From NCBI GenBank assembly GCA_030704615.1, contig CM060733.1:74648001-74712000 (forward strand): a stretch of DNA of 64,000 bases, in the 5' to 3' direction. This DNA is from Takakia lepidozioides. Taxonomy: Eukaryota > Plantae > Bryophyta. The notes under the pieces are model-generated. The model was not told the origin of the DNA, made no database searches, and worked only from the letters and a program-made list of their open reading frames with translations. The translations under genes were made by a program, and so were the position numbers. Positions 49,941 to 61,499 of the stretch are shown piece after piece (positions within the stretch are counted from its first letter, which is position 1; the number at the start of each line of letters is the position of its first letter).

Positions 49941-50636
49941 ATGACTGATTGTTCTGCGCGGGCTGAGTACTTAGAGATTTCCAACTCTTCTATCTTGGAG
50001 TTTCCGCCTCGGATAGCGAAGGGATGGGTGAGTAAAAGCCGCGCGACATTTGGCGACCATACTGGGGACCTGGGACATGAACAACCAGATGTGACAGGCA
50101 TCTGGTGGGATCATGGAGGTTGGACCATTAAAGAGTTTGAAGTGAATCAAATTCCCTGTGGAACGAAGGAAGAAAGATTGTCCAAACAATTCTTTCAAAG
50201 GTTCTTGGAATTGCCAGACGGATGTAAAGAAAATATTCTTAAACGAGTGCATGATGCTGATCCAGAATGGGGTCTGGAGAAAGGAGTGATAAAGATTTAT
50301 CAGGTAGCCTGTAGAGGAAGAGCACGTTGGTTACCAACATTAGTTTATGTGATAGCGTTGCTATCCATTAAACGAGTAGAGTTTGAAAGTTGGGAAGAAA
50401 GAAAGGTGAATGTTTATACTCATATGCATGAAGAGCTTGTACTGGTAAAGAATTGGATTCCAAAGGATATTTTGTGGATCAAACTCACACCAAGAACAGC
50501 TTTTCAGACTTGTTTGCCATATGGTTATATGGTAACGGAGACTTCAAGTATAGCCAAGGGTGCATTGAAGCTTGAAAGAAATCCAGGCATATACGAGAGA
50601 TATTACAGAAGAGAGTTTTGGTTATTGCCACATTAA
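49941..50636 (+). CDS. Extra 5' ORF upstream of gag, unknown function
   Basis: 231-aa open frame running from the LTR across the PBS; the true start is uncertain. Confidence 0.45.
   Translation: MTDCSARAEYLEISNSSILEFPPRIAKGWVSKSRATFGDHTGDLGHEQPDVTGIWWDHGGWTIKEFEVNQIPCGTKEERLSKQFFQRFLELPDGCKENILKRVHDADPEWGLEKGVIKIYQVACRGRARWLPTLVYVIALLSIKRVEFESWEERKVNVYTHMHEELVLVKNWIPKDILWIKLTPRTAFQTCLPYGYMVTETSSIAKGALKLERNPGIYERYYRREFWLLPH
50051..50068 (+). promoter_or_regulatory. tRNA primer-binding site (probably tRNA-Arg)
   Basis: TGGCGACCATACTGGGGA, 2 nt after the 5' LTR. Confidence 0.8.
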
Positions 50637-50657
50637 AAGAAATGAAAGACATGGGAC

Positions 50658-53600
50658 ATGAGTGATGAAAGAGAAGCTAGACGACAAAGATATTCATCAA
50701 AAAGAGAAAGCTATCTGAAAGCTAATTATCCATATCTTTGGGAGAGAGGAATAGACATAGGGGAATCATCTGGACCTCTCACACCATCAAGATCAAAAAG
50801 TGCATCACCTATACCGGAAGAACTAGAGTTGGATGCCACTCCTTCTGTTTCTTTGCAAGAAAGATTAAAGGAATTGGTACAGGAAGAAGATCAATCACGA
50901 GGTGAAAGATCTGAGGTACATCCTTGGATAAAAGACTTGACAGAAATCTTTGATAAGAGTTGGCATGGAACACCAAAAGCAGGAACTCCAGTTTCTGAAG
51001 CAGAAGATGAAGAAGGAGATGAGGATGTGGCAGAGCCAACGGAGAGTTCAGACTCTCCAACACCATTACAGTTGAGTTACATGAGTGAAGAAGAAACCCA
51101 AGGGCAGAACTTGGAGGATGAAAACAGAGAGAAGAAATTGGAAGAGGAAGAATATGAAGAAGTAGACCCAACAGCTGAGGTTGAGACTACAACCAGGACA
51201 TCCCAACCCGTTGGACCTGGATCAAGTGGAGCACTTGGATCACAGGCCAACGAAGGTGTCGGCTCAGGGGGATCAGGCGGGCTGCCTGGATCTGGCTCTG
51301 AGGGGACAGGGAGTGTGGGAAGTAGTGCAACTGAAGCTGGGAATACTGTGAATATCGTGGGGCCAGAAGCAGGGAGTGCTCAAGGGCCACCACTTGGTGG
51401 AAGATCCACCACAAAAACAACAGGTCCAGAAGGACCAGCACCAGCAAGGGTGCCAGCACCTGTCAGTGGGCAGAAGGTAGGGCCACAGATGGCGTTACAA
51501 CCAACACGGGCAAAACCACCCTTTCCAATATATTCAGGAAAAGGGGATCCCGATGTACACATTAGCCAATTTGAGCACATGTGTATAGTGAACAATGAGA
51601 ATGGCGATGATGCCAAGATGAGACTGTTTCCTTGTTCACTTATCAAGAAAGCAAGTGAATGGTATGCAAGATTCCCTGATAATCATTTCCTAACCTGGAA
51701 TGGCTTGAATACAGCATTTCGAAATAGGTTCAGGACAAGTAAAACTGAGGATGAAGTGTATGGAAGTTTACAACAGCTGAAGCAGAAGAAGCATGAAACT
51801 GTTGAAGAGTATATGGAGAAGATGGAATTGATGATGAAAAAGCTGGCTGCAGTACCAGCACCCGGTTTACAGAAGACTTGGTTTGTGAGTGGACTAAGAC
51901 CAGAGTTGCAGAAGAAAGTGGATATGTTACCCCATAATACAGTGGAGGAGGCATTTGAAACTGCAAACAGAATTGAGCAATTGGGAATGCTCAGGAGAGA
52001 GAAAAAGGAAGATGAGGACTCTGAAGATGAGTCAGATGAAGAAGAAGAGCAAGAACTAAAAAGAAAGAGTAAGAGAAAGGAAAAGTTGAAGAGGGATAAC
52101 TATGAGAAAAGATTGGAAGAAATCTTGAAGAAGTATGCCACAGAGGCTGCAACACATTGGAGGAAGGGTGTATGGTGTGCAAAGTGCCAGAATGAAGGCC
52201 ATACCACTACAGAATGCCACATGAAGGAGAAACACTGTACTATCTGTAAAATGGATAACCATTCTACTGAGAATTGTTACTACAACAGAAGGACAGCTGC
52301 AAGAGAACCTAGGCAAGTGAGGGTGCATCAGGTGCAGCCCCAGCCAAGAAGAAGCAATGATCAGGACCACTATGGTAGGTCTGGTGGCTATAACAATGGC
52401 ATGGAAGGGAGAGGTAATTCAAGAGGGAATTACCAAGGAAATTCCAGAGGCAACTATCAGGGTAATCCAAGGGGGAATTACCAGCCCGGAAATCAGGATT
52501 ATAGAAATAATCCAAGACCAGACCAAGGGCGAGGACCCAATGGTGAAGAGCTATGTTACTATTGTAATCAGCCAGGACATCGCAAGGCAGCCTGTTCATT
52601 CTGGATAAGACACCAGAATGAGATGAGAGCTCCTGTGAATGAGGGCCCAGTGGTGGCAGCTCACATGGTTAGGCCATGTGTTGTACCAGAAGTAAGTACA
52701 ATGATAGTAACAAGAAGTAAAGCCAAACTAATACCTCCAGTAGAAGAGGAAGAAGATGAGACTGGAAGTGGCAATGATATGCCTGAAGATGAAGAGACTT
52801 GGAAGGATGAGAAGGAACTGCACAAGGAAGTGGCAGATACTATAAGGGAAATGCAAAAGAGTACGGATATTCCTGTGGCAGATTCCTCTGATTCGGATGG
52901 AGAAAAAGAGGGGAGTGAGGAAGAAAGGAAAAAAGAAGATGCAGACATGCAAAGTAATGAAGAGACTTTGGCTGAAGTAATATGTCAGACCAAAGCAGAA
53001 ATTACCATTGGACAGCTATTAGCTGTGGCACCTTATTGTAGGCACAGGCTGTATCAGGCAATCAATCGAATTGCCCAAGAGACAGGAAACACAGACCTGA
53101 ACAGCAAGGTGACCAGTTATAATGTGAAGCCGGAAGGGCGAGAACCAGTCATGGACTTTGATGATTCTATGCCAGTAATCCAATTGAGAATTGGAAGCAC
53201 AGAACTAACTGATGTACTGATAGATGGTGGTTCTGGAGTAAATATCATGACAGACCAATTAAGGAAGAAGCTTGGTCTAAGTAACATGAAACCAGCCCCA
53301 TTTACAGTAACAATGGCAGATCAAAGAAGTGTACAGCCATTGGGATTAATAAGAGGAGTTAAGATACAGATACAGAAAATGATCTTTATGATCACAGTAA
53401 CTGTATTAAAAATGGATGAAGTCATGGAGGCTTACTCCTTATTATTGGGACGTCCGTGGCTGAAACAGGCAAGGGTATTCCATGACTGGAATTCTCAGTT
53501 ACTAACTGTGCATAATGGGATGCACGAGATACAAATTACCACAAAGAAATCTAGTAGATTACCTGCTACAAGAAGACCTCGAGGAGTCAGAGAGTATGAC

Positions 53601-56600
53601 TGGAAGGGAGGACTGGATGAGGAGCAGGAAGCTACCCTATTTGCTGCACACCCAGAATGGGAGCAGGTTGCAGAGATGCGGCTGGAAAGCCTAAGTTGTT
53701 TGAGAGGTATCTGCTGTGGTGTAGTGACAGCAACACCAATTGAAGAGGAAACCAACTGTTACCCACCACATTTCTATGAAGAAAGAGGAGAGATAGAAAT
53801 CCTAGAAGAACCAGCCACTGTGAGCTTAAAGGATGAAGTGGTGACTGGTTGGACAATCACAGCTGATGAGCAGGTGAGAGAAGTAAATGTGGGAACTCAG
53901 GAGGAACCGAGAATGGTGAAAGTAGGAGCTGATTTGGAGCCAGAGTTCTTCGAAGAAGCTAAAAGCTTGTTCATCAAATACAGAGATGTATTTGCTTGGA
54001 GCTATGAGGATCTAAAAGGGATACCACCTGAAGTCTGTCAGCATAAAATTGAACTGGAACCAGGGTCAGTACCAATCAAGCAGGCGAGGTATAGAATGAA
54101 TCCCAACTACGCACAGAAGGTTGGAGAAGAGATAAAGAAGTTGGCTGAGGCTAAGTTTATATACCCAATAGAGTATACAACTTGGTTGTCACCCATTGTT
54201 ATAGTTCCCAAGAAGAATGGCAAACTAAGAGTATGTGTGAACTATAAGAAGCTGAATGCTTGTACGAAGAAAGATCCTTTCCCTTTGCCATTCACAGAAG
54301 CAGTATTAGACACTGTGGCAGGCCATGAGATGTACTCATTCATGGATGGCTTCAGTGGTTATAATCAAGTGCAAGTGGCAGAAGAAGACCAAGGGAAAAC
54401 AGCTTTCATCACAGACTGGGGGGCTTATGCATACAAAGTCATGCCCTTTGGGCTTTGTAATGCACCAGCGACCTTTCAGAGAGTGATAAGTGAATCTTTT
54501 CAAGAGTATCTGGATGATTTCATGCAGGTGTTTTTGGATGATTTCAGTGTGTACAGCTCTAAGAATGAGCACTTGCATAAATTGGAGTTATGCCTGGCCA
54601 GATGCAGGATGAGAGGTCTGGGCTTGAACCCAGAGAAGTGTACTTTCTGTGTGAACTCAGGGGTGCTTCTGGGACACATTGTGTGTAAGAAGGGACTCCT
54701 TGTGGATCCCAGGAAGACAGAGTCCATTAAAGTCTCTCCACCACCAGTGAATGTTAAGAGTTTAAGGAGATTCCTTGGGCAAACCAGTTATTACAGAAGA
54801 TTTGTCAAAAGGTATGCACAAATAGCAGCACCATTGAGCAAGCTTCTGAAGAAAGATGCAGTGTTTGCATGGACAGCTGAATGTCAACAGGCGTTTGAGG
54901 AACTTACACTGTCAGTAACAACTACACCTGTGCTGATTAACCCTCACTGGCATGTAGTATTTCATGTTCACTGCGATGCATCAGGAGAAGCGTTGGGAGC
55001 GGTGTTAGCCCAGAATGTTACAGGGAATATAGATTCACCTGTGTACTATGCTAGCCGGTTGATGAACAGTGCTGAGAGGAACTATAGCACAACGGAAAGA
55101 GAAGCATTGGCAATGATCTATGCAGTGAAGAAATTCAGGCATTACCTATTGGGAAGAAAGTTTATGTTTTATGTGGATCACCAGGCTCTGATATATCTGG
55201 TGAACAAACCTTTGATAAGTGGAAGGATAGCGAGGTGGTTAATAATCTTGCATGAGTTTGAGTTCGAGGTTATTTACAAGCCTGGCCGTTTGCATCTTGT
55301 GGCAGATCATTTGTCACGACTAACAACAGGAGAGGCCGCCACAGGAGTGGACGATCAGTTACCTGATGCGAGTTTATTTGTAATGGAGGTGCAAGGAAGT
55401 GCAGATGAATGGTTAGATTGGCAGTGGCCAATCAGATACTACCTTGTTCATGGTCAGTGCCCACCTAGTTATGGTAAGGAGCAGAGGAAGAGAATTGCTA
55501 TCAGAGCTTTACCTTATACTATGGTAGGAAGCAGAATGTATAAGTTAGGACCTGATGGAGTACTAAAACGATGCTTGTACCACCATGAAGTAAATAAAGT
55601 CTTGGAGGAAGTTCATAAAGGAGTGGCTGGAGGTCATTTTGGAGAAGAGACTACCAGTAGAAAGATACTACTCGCAGGATACTGGTGGCCTACTTTGTTC
55701 AAAGATGTACATGAGTATTGTCAAATGTGATGAATGTCAGAGGCTAGGACCTTTGCAGAGATCTGGAAGAATGGCCTTGCATCCTACAATGCCTACGGAA
55801 CCATTTCAGAAATGGGGACTAGACTTTGTTGGACCAATTAATCCACCATCCAAGAATACACAAAACAGGTACATAATTACAGCCACTGATTATACTACAA
55901 AGTGGGTGGAAGCTAAAGCTTTGAGGGACAACACAGCCAAGTCCACAGCAAGGTTCCTGTACGAGAACATACTTACACGATTTGGATGTCCCTTAGAATT
56001 TATCAGTGATCAAGGAAGTCACTTCATGAATGAGACCATTGAGTTATTGACTAAAGAGTTTATGATTGTGCATAGAAAGAGTACAACATATTACCCACAG
56101 GGTAATGGACAGGCAGAGGCTACCAACAAAATACTATGTACTATCTTGGCTAAGATAGTCAATGCAAACAGAACGGATTGGGATACAAAGCTGCTGACAG
56201 CTTTATGGTCATACAGGACTTCGTATAAAGTCACCACAAAGTATACACCATTCCAATTAGTTTATGGTATGGAAGCCTTACTTCCAGTGGAATTCCTGTT
56301 ACCTACCATGAGAACGGAGTGGGGAAAAAGAATGGAATTGCAAGACTCCATCAAGGTCAGGAAACATGAATTATACCATGTGGAAGAAGTACGTGCTGAT
56401 GCAGCGGATAATATGACCAGAATTCAGATGAAGCGAAAGGAACAGTTTGATGAAGGCAAATTAAAGACTTTTAAGACGGGGGATTTGGTTCTATGGTTGC
56501 AGAAGAAAGGAAAGATTCAAGCTTCTAAGCTTAAATCACCATGGAAAGGACCTTATGTCATACAAAAGATGTATGATAACAACACAGCCATGTTACAAAC

Positions 56601-56780
56601 CATTAACAAAGAAATGCTGGGAAGAGTCAATGCAAATAAGTTGAAGGGGTACAGTGGTATCCATGACAAACCCCTGCAGCATGATTTGCATGTTGAACCG
56701 CAAGAGCAGTCACGGGCTGCACCAGTGTTACGAACAGAGTATGGAACACTTGTCGCTAGGCCCAGTATATATGACCGGGG
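50658..56780 (+). CDS. gag-pol: Gag-Pol polyprotein (3 CCHC knuckles, PR, RT, RNase H, INT); frameshift near 55723 in the integrase HHCC
   Basis: LIDGGSGVN, MDGFSGYNQ, FLDDF, HCDAS, GLDFVGP, SDQGSHF, NGQAE, WKGPY. Confidence 0.95.
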
Positions 56781-56792
56781 TGGGCAAAACAA

Positions 56793-57247
56793 ACGTGACA
56801 CAGCCTATCACAGCCCATCACGGCGTGATACAGCCTATCACAGCCCATCACGGCATGACACAGCCTATCACAGCCCAGCAAGGCGCAACACAGCCTATCA
56901 CAGCCCAGCACGGCGTGACACAGCCTATCACAGCCCATCACGGCATGACACAGCCTATCACAGCCCAGCAAGGCGCAACACAGCCTATCACAGCCCAGCA
57001 CGGCGTGACACAGCCTATCACAGCCCAGCACGGCGTGACACAGCCTATCACAGCCCAGCAAGGCGCAACACAGCCTATCACAGTCCGGCACGGCGTGACA
57101 CAGCCTATCACAGCCCGTCACGACGTGACACAGCCTATCACAACCTACCGCAGCGTGTCACAGCCTATCACAGCTTACCACAGTGCAACACAGCCTATCA
57201 CAACGTAACACAGTATGACACAGCCTGTCACAGCTCAACACAGCCTA
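56793..57247 (+). repeat. 30-bp tandem repeat (about 15 units) in frame after integrase (RDTAYHSPAR)n
   Basis: cggcgtgacacagcctatcacagcccagca units. Confidence 0.95.
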
Positions 57248-57720
57248 CTAAAGTTACACGATCCATAGAATCAGTGACAAGTGGACACAATAAAACTTCA
57301 GGAAAATGGCTGAATAAAGAAGAAACGGAAATTAATTTAAAAATAGACACGTGGAGGTCAGGGTGCGACACACAGCAGAGAATGAAGTGCAAGGACAGGT
57401 GTCAAAAAGAAAGAGGACTGGAACGGCCGTCAAAAGGGATGAAAGGCGGGCCCATTAATGAATACGGAAAAAGGGAAACAGAACGAACGGCAAGTACAGA
57501 AAAACTGAATTCATGTCGCATGTGTGATCCTAGTGGACTATCCAACAGGGAAAGTCCACTAAAGAAGATAAAAGTTAAAATCCAGTCACAGCTGATACAG
57601 CCAATAGAAAACCAGAGAAATGATCAAGAAAATGGAGGGAAATTAAGCGCAAGAGACGGCGTCGTTCTGAGTAACGGGCGTCTCGACAGGACAGGCCATA
57701 AATGCTATAACTTGGAAACT

Positions 57721-60700
57721 ATGAAGGAGCTAACAGACTATACGCTCGCAATATTACTTACGCAATGGCGGAGACACGAAACGAAAGAGCAGAGCTTTTC
57801 TCTTGAACAATGCTTGCAAGCCCCGCAGGCTTACAAGAGATTACCCATACCTTTCTGCGGCAACCATACGTTTCTGCTTTGTGCACTACAGGCATTCCTG
57901 CAGTTGTTACAGCCAAAGCAGTTCTGTGAGTCTAAGATGAAGAGAGTGAGAGGAATGGAGGAAATCAGGGTGAAGAGCACCACAATTCTGCAAAAACAAA
58001 CGATGGCTACCCCACAGGCGATAAAGATACTGAAGGAGCTGAGATTGGAAGGATTGCAAAGCATGGATTGGACACTACACCATAGACAGTACATGTTACA
58101 ATTTTTGCAGAACTTTGAGCCAAAGACAGGAACAACAACGGTGAAGGGAGTTGAATTAATGATTACTCCCCTATACCTCCAGCAATTGTTTCAATTGCCA
58201 GAAGGTCATGTGTATGTGGAGGAACACAGAGAAAGACTGCAAATAGGGGATTTATTCCAAGAAGGGAGTTTCTTTAAAACTCAGGGTTATGCTTGTACCA
58301 AAGCTGTGTACCCAGGGTTAAAAGACATAGGCCAAGTATTGAACGTTCTGATTGCCCTGAAACAGAACCAACAATATTTGAGCAGATCCTTCACAGAGGA
58401 AATCCTCAAAGGCTTGAAGGGACAAGAGGTACCATGGGCGGACATAATGTACAACGCACTGGTAGAGGAGATGAAAAGATTACAAGGTACTACCGCAAAA
58501 TCTCCTATCATAGTGTCTGGCCCAATCATTGCTCAAATAATCCTTAGTTCTGGCATACTTAATGCACAAGAAAGAAGGAAATGGGAGTGTTTGAGCCAGA
58601 AACAACTGCAATGGAAGAGCAAGGCTCTTCACACAGTGAGGGTGGACTAGCAGCACAACCCGAGACTAAGAGGCAGAGAAGGGGAAAGACTGTAGTGGCG
58701 GATCCACTGGCTTCACGGATTCCGCATGATAATGTTTCCCAAGCTCATGACCAGGGAGGGGCACAGCAGCACAAAAGAATGTTATTACTGGAAGCAGGAC
58801 CTTCAGAGAGGGAGGAAGAAGTTACTTCTGCATCACAACCAACACAGCCACTTGAACGACTTGTCACAAGGTCACAAGTTATCCATGCAGCTCAACCCGA
58901 AATAATAGATTTGGAAAGTGAAGGGATAGATATTCCAACTACAGAACAGATAGTGGCGGAAATAGAGAAAGGGGACCTTCTCTATGAATATTCTGGTCTG
59001 GTCAAGCAGACAGAAATCCCAGAGGTGCAACAGTTGCCCAAGAAAAATCCTGAGGTACATATAATGCACACACCTGTGTCGGAGGATACCACAGGCGGAA
59101 GGCCATGACACTGTAGCACCGGTCATAAATGAAGTAGTTCAGGAAGAAAATCCGGTGGGACAATGGTCTGAATGGTTAGTGAGACATCATACTGTTGAAG
59201 ATCGGGAGGAACAGCAGCAACCTCACCATGATGACCCTCAACAGGCAATGCTGATGAATTCCATAGGCAGGACACTTAATTTGTTGGGGACTTATGTCAA
59301 AACCCATGTTCCAATTACCCAATTGACAGCCTTGAAAGAAGAACTCAGGAAGGAGTTTGAGGCTCGACTTGCCACTGAGTGTTCAAACAAGGTCGATGAA
59401 GAGGTCACTCTCAAGATGAAGCAGGACTTGGCCAATACAGAAATGGCTTTGCAATTGGCCAAGCAACAATTGATTGAGGCAGGCCTTGCGCAAGACCAGT
59501 TGCACGAAGCACATAAGCAACAGCTATACCAAATGCAGGTGCAGCATGAAAGCAAGTTGCAAGAACTGAATGCACTACATACGGAGTTGCAGACAGTGCA
59601 TAACAGGATGGAGATACAATGCGCTACATTTACAACTATGCTTGACCAATCAACAAAAGAAATAAACAGTCAAGCGGAAAAATGTACGAAGGCAGAAGAA
59701 GAGAATGTGGAGCACATGAAGCTCATTGTCGATATGAAGAATACAATCTGTCGCAATGAAGATACTTTCAAGCAATACAGGCAGATGGAAGCTGAGAATG
59801 AGAAATACATCGTGGAGTTGCAACAAACCATCGTGGCCAATAGAAATGAAATCGCGGTCAGTAACAAGGCTTCGAAAGAAGCCAATAATTACTTGCTGCC
59901 TATGCGCAATTGGTTGAGCCACAGGCGAAGCGCATGAAGGCTTTACAACAGCAGTTGGAATTGTATAAGCTAAGAGAGGAGCAAACTCTCAGGGGAACCA
60001 CAAGCAGCTTGGTGGATAACAGCCTTATGCAGGTCTGGTTAGCACAAGGGCCAGTAGAGGGCAAAAGCCCACGGAAGCTCACCCAAAGCGAGATGAATGA
60101 GCTCAGACTGCAGGTGCAGAACATTGCCACAACTACTATAGACATTCCTATAGACAATGTCTATAGTAGGATAGCAGAGTTACAAGAGGATGTAGACGGA
60201 CTCCAGACTCAAGTGGAAGACCTCACTTCAAACATCGACCAAAGAGTCTATATCCCTCAGGAACAGCTAATGGCTTCTTATTTGCAAGCCAGAACTCTGG
60301 CTTTTCAGTCTTCACAGGAGGTGCAGGAGATGCCAATGGTACAGGAACCAGTACCACCACCACCACAACAGGTCAGTGTACCAGTAGCTGAACCTGTGGT
60401 TACTACAACCACACCACAGCCACCACAGCCGGAGGTATGGGGCAATGCAGCTTTTAACCCACCTAAAACTCCAGCTGCCAGGGAGTACAGTAGGGCTATG
60501 ATTATGCCCTTCAACCAAATTCCCATCATGTTGGATTTGGCTTGGAAAGAATTTAGTCCTCCGCAGTCATTCGCACATTACTACCAAATCATGCGTATCT
60601 GGCTGCCAGTGGCAACCAGGACTAAAGTTCTTCCAAACAATCGACATATTGAAGATCATCACTTTGCACAATACTGGCACGAGGCAGGTACCATGTTGAG

Positions 60701-61499
60701 GGAATTGGTTGCTTTCCAGGTTGTACATGGACTCATTTATACCAAGACCAAGGAGATAGCAAGTATTGTCATGGGGTGCGGGCTATACTACGCTGCTTGT
60801 TTCCTGATACGTTACCACATAGAGCAACAAAAGATGCAAGCACGCTTTCAAAGTTACTCCAGTGGAGATCATTGGGTATTACCTTCGGTGCCACCTCATA
60901 TGTACCTATATGACCCAAAACTTATGATACAAAAGGATTCTCAAATTCGTTCATGGTTTCAAGCAGCCTGCAACAATTTGTCAACACAGAAATTCGGACT
61001 TGATGACATTTTCTATAAGGGACATATCGCATGGAAATACTTGCACGCGGCACCAGTAATTGGTACCCCACTCATCTGGACAGACAAGGAGCTCAGTGTC
61101 TACACCAATTTTGCTGTTCAACGGTTACACCAGGTTGTAAAATGCAAACTTCCAGACATGGTAGGACAGCATTGTATGCCCCAGATGATTCCACAAAAAG
61201 TTCGAAAATTAAAACACCTGAGAGGCGATGAGGATTCTGATACAACTGTTTCTTCACAAAATTCTTTTGACATGGGAGAAGACTATGCAATTCAGATGGA
61301 AGAGAAGAAACAAAGGGGATCTCCTATGCCGGAAAGATTACCTCGATATCAACCTCCAGAAGGCCTCACTTATCCAGGTAGTGATCAACCATCTCCATCA
61401 ACCAGAGACAGACCTCGGGCTCGTACACACAGCCCACCACGAAACTCTCAACGTCAACAAGGTGCTCACTCACAAAGGGTTGCTACTCGGAAACAGTAA
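57721..61499 (+). CDS. Large extra 3' ORF in four frame segments, with a coiled-coil region; unknown function
   Basis: Abutting ORFs ending 58650, 59108, 59937 and 61499; QFLQNF...VKGVELMIT...LFQLP resembles accessory ORFs of Athila/Ogre-type elements. Confidence 0.6.
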
